Shown: in pieces, positions 18,392-28,443 of the stretch | How the letters are laid out: the number at the start of each line of letters is the position of its first letter | Position numbering within the stretch: position 1 is the stretch's first letter | Origin: Bacteroidales bacterium | GTDB taxonomy: Bacteria > Bacteroidota > Bacteroidia > Bacteroidales > VadinHA17 | Direction: 5' to 3' | Assembly (NCBI GenBank): GCA_003520925.1 | Contig: DOTV01000233.1 | Coordinates: 14,547 to 62,144 of the forward strand | DNA: 47,598 nucleotides | Program-made: the position numbers and the translations under genes | Notes under the pieces: model-generated | What the model was told of the DNA's origin: nothing | Seen by the model: the letters and a program-made list of their open reading frames with translations, nothing else | The model's database searches: none

Positions 18392-19687
18392 ATGAAAACA
18401 GAACAGTTATACAGGATATTCAGGGAAGAATCAGCCGGAGTCTCTACTGATTCAAGGAACATAAAAAAAGGGCAACTGTTTTTTGCACTATGGGGTCAGA
18501 ATTTCAACGGCAACAAGTATGCTTCAGAAGCCATCGACAAGGGAGCTTCATATGCTGTAATTGATGACCCGGTATATGAAAGCGAGAAGACAATCCTTGT
18601 TGATGATTGTCTCCTTGAGCTTTCGGCTTTGGCACTCTGGCACAGGAAACTGATTAAGGCTCCCGTGCTTGCAATAACCGGTACAAATGGCAAGACAACT
18701 ACAAAGGAACTGATTGCCGCGATTATGTCGAAAAAGCTTAAGGTTCACTTTACAAAAGGCAATCTTAACAATGAAATCGGATTACCGCTTACTATCCTGT
18801 CGGCACCCGATGATACTGAAATGATGATCCTTGAGTTAGGGGCAAACCATCTTGGAGAGATAAGGTCATTGTGCAATGTTGCCCGCCCCGACTACGGAAT
18901 AATAACTAACATAGGGACCGCTCATCTTGAAGGTTTCGGTTCATTCGAGGGAGTACTGAAAGCTAAAACCGAGCTTTATGAGCATCTCAGGAAAGTAAAT
19001 GGAATCGCAATATATGATGATAAGAATCCTTTTCTGACGGAAAAGATTTATAAGCTTGTGAACAGGGGAATTCCCTATTCAAATCCGACAGGCGTTGAAC
19101 TCGTTGTGGAAGCTTTGCCTTCAGAGATGAACCTGGCTATAATAGTAAAGTATCAGCATAAGACTTATGAAATTCAGACAGGTCTTTTTGGTGCTTATAA
19201 CCTGGGCAACCTGAAGGCAGCTATTGCAACAGGTCTGTTTCTGGGGGTAGGAATGGATGAGATTGCTGAAGCAATTGGAAAATATCAGCCGGGTAATAAC
19301 AGATCGCAGATAAAAACAACTCCAAACAATACCCTCGTCTGCGACTCATACAATGCAAACCCGACAAGTATGGTTATGGCAATTGAATCATTTAATGAAT
19401 TGAAAACCAGCAAGAAAGTTCTGATCCTTGGCGATATGCTTGAACTTGGAGATAAGAGCGAGGAAGAGCATCTGAGGGTTATTGAAATGTTAAAATCAAA
19501 GAAACCGGGAAAAATACTGCTGGTTGGGACTACTTTTCAGAAGACCTCTTCAGGTACTGATTTCAAATCATTTAATGATGTTGGAAAACTCCGTGAGTAT
19601 TTAAAAGCAGAACCTTTGAAAGGAAATCTTATACTCATAAAAGGCTCCAGGGGGATGACCCTTGAGAAGATTTATGATATCCTTTAA
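18392..19687 (+). CDS. murF: UDP-N-acetylmuramoyl-tripeptide--D-alanyl-D-alanine ligase
   Basis: 431 aa with the Mur ligase P-loop ITGTNGKTTTKE and the motifs DSYNANP and LGDMLELG. Confidence 0.88.
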   Translation: MKTEQLYRIFREESAGVSTDSRNIKKGQLFFALWGQNFNGNKYASEAIDKGASYAVIDDPVYESEKTILVDDCLLELSALALWHRKLIKAPVLAITGTNGKTTTKELIAAIMSKKLKVHFTKGNLNNEIGLPLTILSAPDDTEMMILELGANHLGEIRSLCNVARPDYGIITNIGTAHLEGFGSFEGVLKAKTELYEHLRKVNGIAIYDDKNPFLTEKIYKLVNRGIPYSNPTGVELVVEALPSEMNLAIIVKYQHKTYEIQTGLFGAYNLGNLKAAIATGLFLGVGMDEIAEAIGKYQPGNNRSQIKTTPNNTLVCDSYNANPTSMVMAIESFNELKTSKKVLILGDMLELGDKSEEEHLRVIEMLKSKKPGKILLVGTTFQKTSSGTDFKSFNDVGKLREYLKAEPLKGNLILIKGSRGMTLEKIYDIL

Positions 19688-20865
19688 TCCTGCTGAAATT
19701 GAACAGTATCATTTCCGGAAGCGAACCTGATATTGATTAAGAGCACCTCAGACCGGCTGCCCGATCTTACTCTCGGGCCCCATAATCCAAACCCGGAAGA
19801 AACAATATATTGTGTATTCCCTCTTTTCTTATATCCATAGCTCACCTCATAAATTTTGGCGGTAAGGTGGTTCAATGGCCACATCTGGCCATTATGAGTA
19901 TGGCCTGAAAGCTGAAGATCGACACCGTTCTTTTCTGCGTCCCCAAGGTCAATGGGTTGATGATCAAGAAGTATAATGGGTTTTGAATGATCAACTGATT
20001 TCATCAATTCCCCAAGCGGTTTTCGCTCAGCACCGTAAAACCTTTTCGAATCCCTGTCAAGTCTGCCGATGAGCTGAATGCCTCCATCAATAGTCACAGA
20101 TTCATCTTTCAGAATTCTTATCCCCTTGCTCTCTATATATGGGATCGTCTTTTTGGCACCTCCTATGAATTCATGATTACCTGTAATTGCATAGAGGCCG
20201 TCATTGCATTTCGGACAGCTAAAATACTGTAAAAGGTCACCACGCAAAACCGGACCTATTTCACCATCAACAATATCCCCAAGGAGCAGAACCAGATCAG
20301 GTTTAAGTTTTACCAGGATCTGTGACAGCTTTTTTATGCTCCGTTTCCTGATAACACTTCCAAGATGAATGTCTGAGACTGCCGCAATCCTGAGTTCCTT
20401 CAATTCCCCGGCTGATTTATTTATTGTGATATCGTAGCTTTTAACCGATGGGACAACTGCGTTAATAAATCCTCCGGCAATAAGAATGAATGAAATTATC
20501 AGGGTCAGAATATATGACCATTTCCTGAAATCCATTATGTTGCTGGCATTAATTACTCCTGCTATCCGGAGGGCTAATGCTATTATGTCTGATAAAAACA
20601 GAAAGATAAAACCATAAAGCATAAAAGCCATCCAGAATCCACCTGTAATATTGAGGATATCTGACAAAACTGAGCTATGGCGGGATTCAAGAATCTTTCC
20701 AAAGATAAATGTGGATGCCAGGAGGAGAAAAATTAAAAAATACCAGATCTTGTGATTCTGGAATGCAGTAATCGAGCTATATCCTTTGGAATAAATATAA
20801 ATATTAGCAAGTGAGTAAATTGTCAGTACAACTGCAAAAAACACTATAAACTGGTAAGTTTTCAT
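19684..20865 (-). CDS. Membrane-anchored metallophosphoesterase
   Basis: It has about four N-terminal TM helices and the calcineurin-like motifs SDIHLG, LGDIVDG, GNHEF and GHTHNGQ. Confidence 0.8.
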   Translation of the reverse strand: MKTYQFIVFFAVVLTIYSLANIYIYSKGYSSITAFQNHKIWYFLIFLLLASTFIFGKILESRHSSVLSDILNITGGFWMAFMLYGFIFLFLSDIIALALRIAGVINASNIMDFRKWSYILTLIISFILIAGGFINAVVPSVKSYDITINKSAGELKELRIAAVSDIHLGSVIRKRSIKKLSQILVKLKPDLVLLLGDIVDGEIGPVLRGDLLQYFSCPKCNDGLYAITGNHEFIGGAKKTIPYIESKGIRILKDESVTIDGGIQLIGRLDRDSKRFYGAERKPLGELMKSVDHSKPIILLDHQPIDLGDAEKNGVDLQLSGHTHNGQMWPLNHLTAKIYEVSYGYKKRGNTQYIVSSGFGLWGPRVRSGSRSEVLLINIRFASGNDTVQFQQD

Positions 20866-20876
20866 TCAGATCGATT

Positions 20877-21899
20877 TCAGATGTTTATTGTGCTGAAGGT
20901 TTTTTCGCCTTTTATATAGAACCTGAAAACAATCGACTTGTTCACTAAATTTCTCATGGTTTTATTTATTGTTAAATTTTTCACAACTTCTCTTTTAACC
21001 TTCAGTTTTTTGATATTTTTATAATAATCGAGATGTGCTTTCAGGATAGCTCCTGCATTTCCTGCTCTGCCTTTAAAAATAAAAACCAGAGCGGCTGCCC
21101 CGTCTAACAGCTTTCGGATAAATAATATTTTATGCAACTTGTTGTCCGGAAGATTCTTATAAAGAAGAAAGAGATTATTGCGGAAATTCAGATAAACTTT
21201 TGGTTTTGTATCATAAGGCAGCGATCCGCCGCCTGTATGATAAATTACTGACCCGGGTACGCAGGAAACGCGATACCCGGCCAGATGAAATCTCCAGCAA
21301 AGATCGACCTCTTCCATATGTGCAAAAAAATCATCATCGAATCCCCCGCAATGCTTCCATGCAGTCGACCTTACCACCATACAAGCTCCCGATGACCAGA
21401 AAATATCGGTGATGTTGTCATACTGGCCTCTGTCTTTTTCGACATTGTCAAAGATCCGTCCCCTGCAGAATGTATAACCATATTTATCAATGTATCCGCC
21501 AGCCGCACCGGCATATTCAAAATGATCCCGGTCGTTAAATGACCTTATCTTTGGCTGGCAGGAGGCTACATCCGGATTCTCATCCATATAATTAATTAAG
21601 GGTTCGAGCCAGCCATCGGTCACTTCAGCATCGGAGTTCAGAAGGACATAGTATTCTGCAGCGATCTGGTTCAGCGCCCGATTGTAACCCCCGGCAAAAC
21701 CATGGTTGCTTTCGAGTCTTATTATCGCGACATCACTCAGGTTCTTTGAAACCCACTCAGCTGAAGTATCAGTCGAACCATTGTCAACCATAAAAACAGC
21801 TTTACCGGGGCCGGCCGAAAACCTGACAACCGTGGCAAGAAATTCCTGCAGCAAGGCAAGTCCGTTCCAGTTTAGTATGACAACAGCGGTTTTAATCAT
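20877..21899 (-). CDS. Family 2 glycosyltransferase
   Basis: The GT2 signatures VILNWNG, VDNGSTD and LNSDAEV are present. The start forms an ATGA overlap with the upstream gene's stop. Confidence 0.85.
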   Translation of the reverse strand: MIKTAVVILNWNGLALLQEFLATVVRFSAGPGKAVFMVDNGSTDTSAEWVSKNLSDVAIIRLESNHGFAGGYNRALNQIAAEYYVLLNSDAEVTDGWLEPLINYMDENPDVASCQPKIRSFNDRDHFEYAGAAGGYIDKYGYTFCRGRIFDNVEKDRGQYDNITDIFWSSGACMVVRSTAWKHCGGFDDDFFAHMEEVDLCWRFHLAGYRVSCVPGSVIYHTGGGSLPYDTKPKVYLNFRNNLFLLYKNLPDNKLHKILFIRKLLDGAAALVFIFKGRAGNAGAILKAHLDYYKNIKKLKVKREVVKNLTINKTMRNLVNKSIVFRFYIKGEKTFSTINI

Positions 21900-22777
21900 T
21901 TAACCTCTTTTTTATATTTCCATCTTCTGTGTGTCCAGAGCCAGTACTCAGGTTTTTCCCTGATCAGTTTCTCAAGGCGTTTGACATGAGTGTTCGTTAC
22001 CATATATTCAGGAAGATCCTTGGCAGTCTCAAACAGGAGATCTATTGTTAAGCTGTAATAACCACGTTTCAGCTTTTGAAAGTTTAGAAACACAACAGCC
22101 ATATCATATTTTGAAGCTATCTTCTCAGCTCCAAGAAATACAGGTGTCTCCTGATTCAGAAAATCAGTATAATATTCAATAAGAGTTTTTGCAGGAGTCT
22201 GGTCCGACATTATTCCATACATGCCTCTGATATTTTTTTCCCTGTTTTCAACTATTTTCCTCACGACCATTTTCATCGGGGCCAGTTCTCCATTATATCG
22301 GATCCGGTTATTGTTAATGAAATTATTGAATAATTTATTCTGTAATGGCTTGTAAACGCCAACACACCTGTACTTTGTATATTTAGGGAGAAAAGCTGAC
22401 AGCCATTCCCAGTTGTTATAATGGCTGTAAACAACTGCTACGTCACGTCCTGATTCATAAAGACGTTCTATCAGCTCAGGGTTGGTTACCATGAACCTCT
22501 TTTTAATCTCACTGTCACTGATGTGAGTAAGTTTAAGCGTTTCTATAAAGAGGTCAGCAAAGTGCCTGTAGAACTTTCTCCTGATAATTTCTATCTCTTT
22601 TTCTGACTTTTCAGGAAAAGAATTCCGGAGGTTTTCTGTAACAATTTTTCTTCTGTAGGATGGGAAATAGTACAGTAACAGAAAGAGGATATCGGAGAAA
22701 AAATAAAGAATCGAGAGAGGCAGAAGGGTAATTGTCCAGTTAATTCCGTAGAAAATATAGTATCCGAGAGTTCCCAT
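21896..22777 (-). CDS. Lysophospholipid/lipid A biosynthesis acyltransferase (LpxL/HtrB family)
   Basis: It has an N-terminal TM helix and the motif SHYNNWEW in the HX4(D/E) position. Length is about 290 aa. Confidence 0.75.
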   Translation of the reverse strand: MGTLGYYIFYGINWTITLLPLSILYFFSDILFLLLYYFPSYRRKIVTENLRNSFPEKSEKEIEIIRRKFYRHFADLFIETLKLTHISDSEIKKRFMVTNPELIERLYESGRDVAVVYSHYNNWEWLSAFLPKYTKYRCVGVYKPLQNKLFNNFINNNRIRYNGELAPMKMVVRKIVENREKNIRGMYGIMSDQTPAKTLIEYYTDFLNQETPVFLGAEKIASKYDMAVVFLNFQKLKRGYYSLTIDLLFETAKDLPEYMVTNTHVKRLEKLIREKPEYWLWTHRRWKYKKEVK

Positions 22778-22780
22778 TAT

Positions 22781-23587
22781 TTACTTTGACTTTTTTTTCA
22801 TGTAATTACCTATAACTCCAAGTGTCTCTTTATAGATAAGGGAATTGGAAGCTATTGTCTCATCGCCGGTCAGTTGTACCATATTACCTGAAAAGTCACT
22901 AAACCTGCCTCCAGCTTCTCTTACAAGAAGCATTCCTGCCGCGATATCCCATAATTTAAGGTCGTATTCAAAGAACAGGTCAAATCTGCCGCAGGCCACG
23001 TAAGCAAGATCAATTGAGGCGCATCCAAGCCGTCTGAGCCCATGGGTGTTTTTAACAAGATATGTCAGGAGGCCCATGTAAGGGTCGAGCCTGTCGAAAA
23101 GATTATATGGAAAGCCTGTGGCAGCAAGCGATCCAGAGAGTTTTGGAGTGGATGAAACATTGATCCTGTCGCCATTGAGCCAGGCTCCGCCATTTTTCCA
23201 TGCCGTAAAGGTTTCATCACCTCCGGCTTCATGAACCACACCTGCAACTATTTCATCGTTTTCCATCAACCCTATGCTCACAGCATAGGGATGTACACCA
23301 TGAAGGAAATTTGTAGTACCATCGAGAGGATCTATTACCCAATTGTATTTTGGTCCTTTTTTTACCGAGGTACCCTCTTCAGCTATAAAGCCGGCTTCGG
23401 GAACCAGAAGAGAAAGCTTTTCAACCAGCATCTTTTCGGACCCTTTATCAACGTAGGTCACAAAGTTATTCAGTCCTTTGGTTTCGGTGCTGTTAATATT
23501 AAAAACAGCCGACTCATTTTTTATGAATTCACCGGCCATTCTGGCTGCTGATTCAATTTCAGCACATAGAGATTTAAGATCTGTCAT
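22781..23587 (-). CDS. Inositol monophosphatase family protein
   Basis: The IMPase motifs WVIDPLDGTTNF and WDIAAG are present. Confidence 0.85.
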   Translation of the reverse strand: MTDLKSLCAEIESAARMAGEFIKNESAVFNINSTETKGLNNFVTYVDKGSEKMLVEKLSLLVPEAGFIAEEGTSVKKGPKYNWVIDPLDGTTNFLHGVHPYAVSIGLMENDEIVAGVVHEAGGDETFTAWKNGGAWLNGDRINVSSTPKLSGSLAATGFPYNLFDRLDPYMGLLTYLVKNTHGLRRLGCASIDLAYVACGRFDLFFEYDLKLWDIAAGMLLVREAGGRFSDFSGNMVQLTGDETIASNSLIYKETLGVIGNYMKKKSK

Positions 23588-23590
23588 TGA

Positions 23591-24895
23591 TTAATCGATT
23601 AATTCAACCGTCATTCTGCCTGTCCCGGAGATACCTGTTAACCTTCCAGTTTTTATTGTTCCTGCGAGGCTTGATTTCCATGGATACTCTGCCCGGATAT
23701 AGTTCCCTGTAAACCCAGTAATCAAACCGTCAGTTCTGGTGTGTTCAAACAGGATTTCATCTGACCGGTTTAAGTTCTGCTCTAGAAATGCAAGATGCTT
23801 AATTTCAGAGAGTTCAATTAGTTTCCTGCTTCTGCTCTCACGAGTGCTAAAAGGGACTTTCCCGGCCATTTTTTCAGCTGCGGTGCCGGGTCGTTCAGAA
23901 AAGTTGAAAACATGCAGGTAAGATAACGGGATCTCTTTAAGAAAACTCATTGTATCTTCAAAGTCATTGTCTGTTTCTCCGGGGAAACCAACAATTACAT
24001 CAGCCCCTATTCCAGCCATTGGCAAATATTTTCTGATTAAGTTTATCCTTTCCCCGAACTGATCAGTTCTGTATCTTCTTTTCATAAGCCTGAGCACCTT
24101 GTCGGAACCGCTCTGTAAAGGAATATGGAAATGAGGAAGAATCTTTTTACATTCTGCAGCCATCCCGATTATTTCATCAGTTATCAGGTTGGGCTCAATT
24201 GATGAGATCCGGTACCTTTCAATTCCTTCAACCCTAACCAGTTCCTTCAACAATGATGCAAAACTGTCTCCGGTTGATTTGCCAAAATCTCCTATATTTA
24301 CTCCTGTCAGAACGATTTCTTTAATTCCGCGGCAGGCAATTTTCTCAGCCTCAAGGATTAGAGAGGGTATATCCTGATTCCTGCTCCGTCCTCTTGCAAC
24401 AGGGATAGTACAGTAGGAGCACCTGTAATCGCATCCATCCTGGACTTTCAGGAATGAGCGTGTCCTGTCACCTATTGAAAAGGAGGGGTGGAAAAGGTCA
24501 GTTGCAGCCAGGCCGTTTGAATGGATTTCTGCAGTTTTCTTTTTTTCAATTCTTTCAATAAAGGCAACTGCATCAAATTTCTCATTTGATCCCAGGACAA
24601 GGTCAACACCAGGAATTGATGAAATCTCACCAGGGTTCAGTTGTGCATAACATCCCATAACAGCAATGACAGAACCGGGCGATTCTTTTATGCACCTCTT
24701 GATCACCTGTCGGCATTTCCTGTCGGCAATACCGGTAACCGAGCATGTGTTAATAACATGAATATCAGCTATTGAACCAGGTCTGACTTTTTCAAACTGA
24801 TCCTCGGGAAACGACCTTGAAATTGTCGATGTTTCAGCAAAATTCAGCTTGCATCCCAGTGTATGAAATGCTACCTTTTTCCTGGCTGGTTCCAT
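23591..24895 (-). CDS. mtaB: tRNA (t6A37) methylthiotransferase MtaB (radical SAM)
   Basis: The N-terminal FHTLGCKLNFAE is MtaB-type rather than MiaB/RimO. A radical SAM CDYRCSYC motif and a C-terminal TRAM-like region are present. Confidence 0.78.
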   Translation of the reverse strand: MEPARKKVAFHTLGCKLNFAETSTISRSFPEDQFEKVRPGSIADIHVINTCSVTGIADRKCRQVIKRCIKESPGSVIAVMGCYAQLNPGEISSIPGVDLVLGSNEKFDAVAFIERIEKKKTAEIHSNGLAATDLFHPSFSIGDRTRSFLKVQDGCDYRCSYCTIPVARGRSRNQDIPSLILEAEKIACRGIKEIVLTGVNIGDFGKSTGDSFASLLKELVRVEGIERYRISSIEPNLITDEIIGMAAECKKILPHFHIPLQSGSDKVLRLMKRRYRTDQFGERINLIRKYLPMAGIGADVIVGFPGETDNDFEDTMSFLKEIPLSYLHVFNFSERPGTAAEKMAGKVPFSTRESRSRKLIELSEIKHLAFLEQNLNRSDEILFEHTRTDGLITGFTGNYIRAEYPWKSSLAGTIKTGRLTGISGTGRMTVELID

Positions 24896-24898
24896 TGG

Positions 24899-25600
24899 TT
24901 ATTTCCGGCTGGCCTGCGGGAGTTTGGTTAAGAAGACATTTCTGAATTCAATATCCTTGCCTTCACTCTGCAGGCAGATATGTCCTTTGGTGTCAGAAAT
25001 ACCTGTGGCTCTGTTCTGAAGAGTTCCGTTAACAAATACTTCTATTGTGTTCGACTTGCATGTCACATCCATTGAGTTCCACTCGCCGACAGGTTTTTCG
25101 GAGGATCCGGCCAACTTGCTTACCATCCGTGCATTATCTTTCTGTTCATTCATTCTGGCTCCGTTCATACATACAAAGTCACCTGCACTTCCTGACTTAA
25201 GCTGGCATTCAAAACACTTCAGCCAGATCGTATCGGGAAGCTGCGCATGAATAAATACACCGCTGTTTGAAGCTTCACCCGGATAGCGCCATTCAACATG
25301 CAGCTTGTACTCAGAGTAAGTATCTTTAGTTCTCATATACCCGAATGGTTCTCCTTTAATATGAATGACTCCGTTCTGAGCCGTAAATACGGTTGAAGGA
25401 TCAACTGAAGGATCTTTAAGATGAAAAGCCCAGTTTGAAAGGTTCTTACCATTAAAAAGCTGAATGTCGACTGACTTATCATTTCTGCTGTTCCGCTGGC
25501 TTTTCTGGTTTTTCTGCCTGGACTGTCCGTATATCCCTGATGATGCTACCGAAAAGATTATCAATGAAATAAAAATGGGTCTTAATGATTTAACTTTCAT
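24899..25600 (-). CDS. DUF1080 (3-keto-disaccharide hydrolase-like) secreted protein
   Basis: It has a signal peptide, LFNGKNLSNW near the N-terminus, GEWN, and the C-terminal GHICLQSEGKDIEFRNVFL pattern typical of DUF1080. Confidence 0.65.
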   Translation of the reverse strand: MKVKSLRPIFISLIIFSVASSGIYGQSRQKNQKSQRNSRNDKSVDIQLFNGKNLSNWAFHLKDPSVDPSTVFTAQNGVIHIKGEPFGYMRTKDTYSEYKLHVEWRYPGEASNSGVFIHAQLPDTIWLKCFECQLKSGSAGDFVCMNGARMNEQKDNARMVSKLAGSSEKPVGEWNSMDVTCKSNTIEVFVNGTLQNRATGISDTKGHICLQSEGKDIEFRNVFLTKLPQASRK

Positions 25601-25636
25601 GGTTTAAATTATTTGAATTAATATTTGAAATTTTTC

Positions 25637-26971
25637 CTAAAGCAGTTTGCTTGCCAGTTCTGCAAGGAAGCTGCGCTCCCCTTTAACAAGGTTAACATGT
25701 GCAAAAATATCCTGATCCTTCATTTTGTCTGAAAGATAGCTTAGCCCGTTTGATGCAGTATCGAGGTAAGGGGAATCAATCTGTTCAATATCGCCGGTAA
25801 ACACCATCTTTGTTCCTTCACCGGCTCTGGTTATTATGGTCTTGATCTCATGAGGTGTCAGGTTCTGAGCTTCGTCGACTATGAAAAAAATACTCGAAAG
25901 GCTTCTTCCTCTTATATATGCGAGTGGAGTTATAACCAGTTTTTCTTCTTTAACCATTTCATTGATTCTCAGAAACTCAGGGCTCTGGTGACTGAATTTA
26001 TGTTTAATGACTGTGAGGTTGTCATATAATGGTGTCATATAAGGGTCCATTTTTTCCTTTACATCACCAGGGAGAAATCCCAGATCACGGTTTGCCAGTG
26101 GGACTATCGGTCTTGCAAGAAATATCTGCTTGTATCGCTTATGCTGCTGAAGAGCGGCAGCGAGCGCAAGAAGGGTTTTTCCTGTCCCGGCCTTGCCTGT
26201 AAGAGAAACCAGCTGTACATCAGGATTTGTAAGAGCATCAAGTGCGAAAGTCTGTTCGGCGTTCCGGGGATCTATACCATAGGTGGTCTGCTTGATCACC
26301 CTGTTCAGAAGCTTGTTTGCCGGATTAAAGTGGGCCAGGGCGCTTGCCCCGCTGTTTTTCATAATGAAGAACTGATGCCCCTTTGTTTCAGGGTCTATAT
26401 TAAATTCTGAAACGTTTACACCCTCCGGAACTTCATACAACCTGCTAATCAAAGCATGATCAATCCCCTCCAGCACCTGTATACCCTTGTAAAGATCATC
26501 TATGTTTGCCACTTTATCATTCTGGTAATCCTGTGCTATTATCCCGAGCGATTTTGCCTTCATCCTCAGGTTTATGTCCTTTGTGATAAGAACTACCGAT
26601 TTATCCTTGTTTGTATTACAGACATAGTCGGCAATTGCCAGAATTCGGTGATCGGCCGTTCTTTCGGGGAATGACTGGTTGACTTTTTCAGAAAAATCAC
26701 GGCCGGTTTCGATGTGAAGATTTCCAAGATTTTCTCCAAGAGGGATATTGGCGGTAAGAAGCATATCACCTGAAAGCTTATCAAGTTCCCTTGTAAACTC
26801 CCTGGCGTGAAAATTAATTATATCATTTCCCTTTTTAAACTTATCCAGCTCCTCCAGGACAACTATAGGGATTATAACATCATTTTCTTCGAAATTATAA
26901 ATGCATTTGAAATCGTGCAGCAAAACATTTGTATCAATAATGAATAGTTTTTTATTGTGTTTTTTCTTCAT
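25637..26971 (-). CDS. PIN-domain/PhoH-like ATPase fusion (PhoH2/YlaK type)
   Basis: It has an N-terminal PIN domain (FIIDTNVLLHD) and a C-terminal PhoH P-loop (GKAGTGKT) plus DEAQN. The ORF-track start at 26992 is TTG; the first ATG is at 26971 (MKKKHNKK). Confidence 0.85.
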   Translation of the reverse strand: MKKKHNKKLFIIDTNVLLHDFKCIYNFEENDVIIPIVVLEELDKFKKGNDIINFHAREFTRELDKLSGDMLLTANIPLGENLGNLHIETGRDFSEKVNQSFPERTADHRILAIADYVCNTNKDKSVVLITKDINLRMKAKSLGIIAQDYQNDKVANIDDLYKGIQVLEGIDHALISRLYEVPEGVNVSEFNIDPETKGHQFFIMKNSGASALAHFNPANKLLNRVIKQTTYGIDPRNAEQTFALDALTNPDVQLVSLTGKAGTGKTLLALAAALQQHKRYKQIFLARPIVPLANRDLGFLPGDVKEKMDPYMTPLYDNLTVIKHKFSHQSPEFLRINEMVKEEKLVITPLAYIRGRSLSSIFFIVDEAQNLTPHEIKTIITRAGEGTKMVFTGDIEQIDSPYLDTASNGLSYLSDKMKDQDIFAHVNLVKGERSFLAELASKLL

Positions 26972-27090
26972 AGTTAAGTAATTTAAAATCAATAAGCTGT
27001 ATTTTGCAAATAGATCTCTTCAGCACCCGGCAAAATTAATTAAAATAAAGTTTACATTGTTGTATGTGTTGAAAGTATGTTAATTTGTAT

Positions 27091-28380
27091 ATGAATTATA
27101 AACAGACAATTGAATTTCTTTACAGCCAGCTTCCGGCGTATCACAGGATTGGGAAAGCTGCTTATAAGAATGATCTTCAGAATACCATTGAACTCGACAG
27201 GCATCTTGGTCATCCTCATTCAGGGTACAGGACAATACATGTGGCCGGAACCAACGGAAAAGGCTCTGTGTCGCATATGATCGCATCAGTTCTTATGGAA
27301 GCCGGTTATAAAACAGGCCTCTATACCTCCCCTCATCTTAAAGATTTCAGGGAGAGAATAAGGGTCAATGGTAAGATGATCACCAGGAGTGCAGTAACTG
27401 AATTTATCAGGAAAAACTCACTTTTTCTGGCTTCTTTGAAGCCATCATTCTTTGAAATGACTGTAGGTATGGCGTTTGATTATTTTGCCAGGACCGGTGT
27501 CGACATTGCAGTTATTGAGGTGGGTCTTGGGGGAAGGCTCGACTCAACCAACATTATTGATCCCATACTTTCGATAATTACAAATATAGGTCACGATCAT
27601 TTTGATCTTCTCGGAGATACCTTTGAAAAAGTAGCTGTAGAGAAGTCAGGAATAATAAAACCGGGAGTTCCGGTAGTGATCAGTGAAACCCAGAAGGAGA
27701 CTGAAAATGTTTTTGCAGGAAGAGCCTCCGCAACAGGTTCAGAGATATTTTACGCCGACAGAAATTACACCTGCATACTTAATGATTTTGACTGGACCAA
27801 AGGAAAAAGGAATTATCGCATAACGGAAAACTTATCAGGGAAATCATTAAAAGGTGAAGTTGGCCCGGGAGGTGATTACCAGGTCAAAAATCTTCAGGCC
27901 GTTTATCAGGCATTCAGTGTCATGGAAACCTTAATACCGCATTCTGATAAAAATCTCATTGATGGCATCAGGAAAGTAGAAACTAATACAAAGTTTGCAG
28001 GCAGGTGGCAGATCATTGGTAGGAAACCTCTGGTAGTATGTGATACCGGACACAATAGGGAGGGTCTTGAATATGTTATGAATCAGGTTAAAAAGGTCCC
28101 AAAGAGCAGGCTTCATCTGGTCATTGGCTTTGTGAGCGATAAGGATCTGAGTATCGTATTGCCGCTTTTCCCTCCCGACGGGGTTTATTATTTTACAAAA
28201 GCTTCAGTTCCAAGAGCCCTGGATGAGAAGATTCTGATGGCAGAAGCTGCAAACTGGAACCTGAAGGGAAAATGCTTTCCTGATGTGGGATCTGCTGTCA
28301 GATCTGCACGTAAAAATGCTTCAGAGAGTGATATGATTTTCATAGGAGGGAGTACTTTTGTTGTTGCAGATGCATTGTAA
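27091..28380 (+). CDS. folC: Bifunctional folylpolyglutamate synthase/dihydrofolate synthase
   Basis: It has the P-loop HVAGTNGKGS and the FolC-type motifs ITNIGHDH and EKSGIIK. The ORF-track start is TTG at 27085; the first ATG is at 27091. Confidence 0.88.
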   Translation: MNYKQTIEFLYSQLPAYHRIGKAAYKNDLQNTIELDRHLGHPHSGYRTIHVAGTNGKGSVSHMIASVLMEAGYKTGLYTSPHLKDFRERIRVNGKMITRSAVTEFIRKNSLFLASLKPSFFEMTVGMAFDYFARTGVDIAVIEVGLGGRLDSTNIIDPILSIITNIGHDHFDLLGDTFEKVAVEKSGIIKPGVPVVISETQKETENVFAGRASATGSEIFYADRNYTCILNDFDWTKGKRNYRITENLSGKSLKGEVGPGGDYQVKNLQAVYQAFSVMETLIPHSDKNLIDGIRKVETNTKFAGRWQIIGRKPLVVCDTGHNREGLEYVMNQVKKVPKSRLHLVIGFVSDKDLSIVLPLFPPDGVYYFTKASVPRALDEKILMAEAANWNLKGKCFPDVGSAVRSARKNASESDMIFIGGSTFVVADAL

Positions 28381-28443
28381 AAGGGTTACATTTAAAATTA
28401 ATTTGAGTTTAGGTTTTTATTAACAAATACCAGTCTGAGGTGT

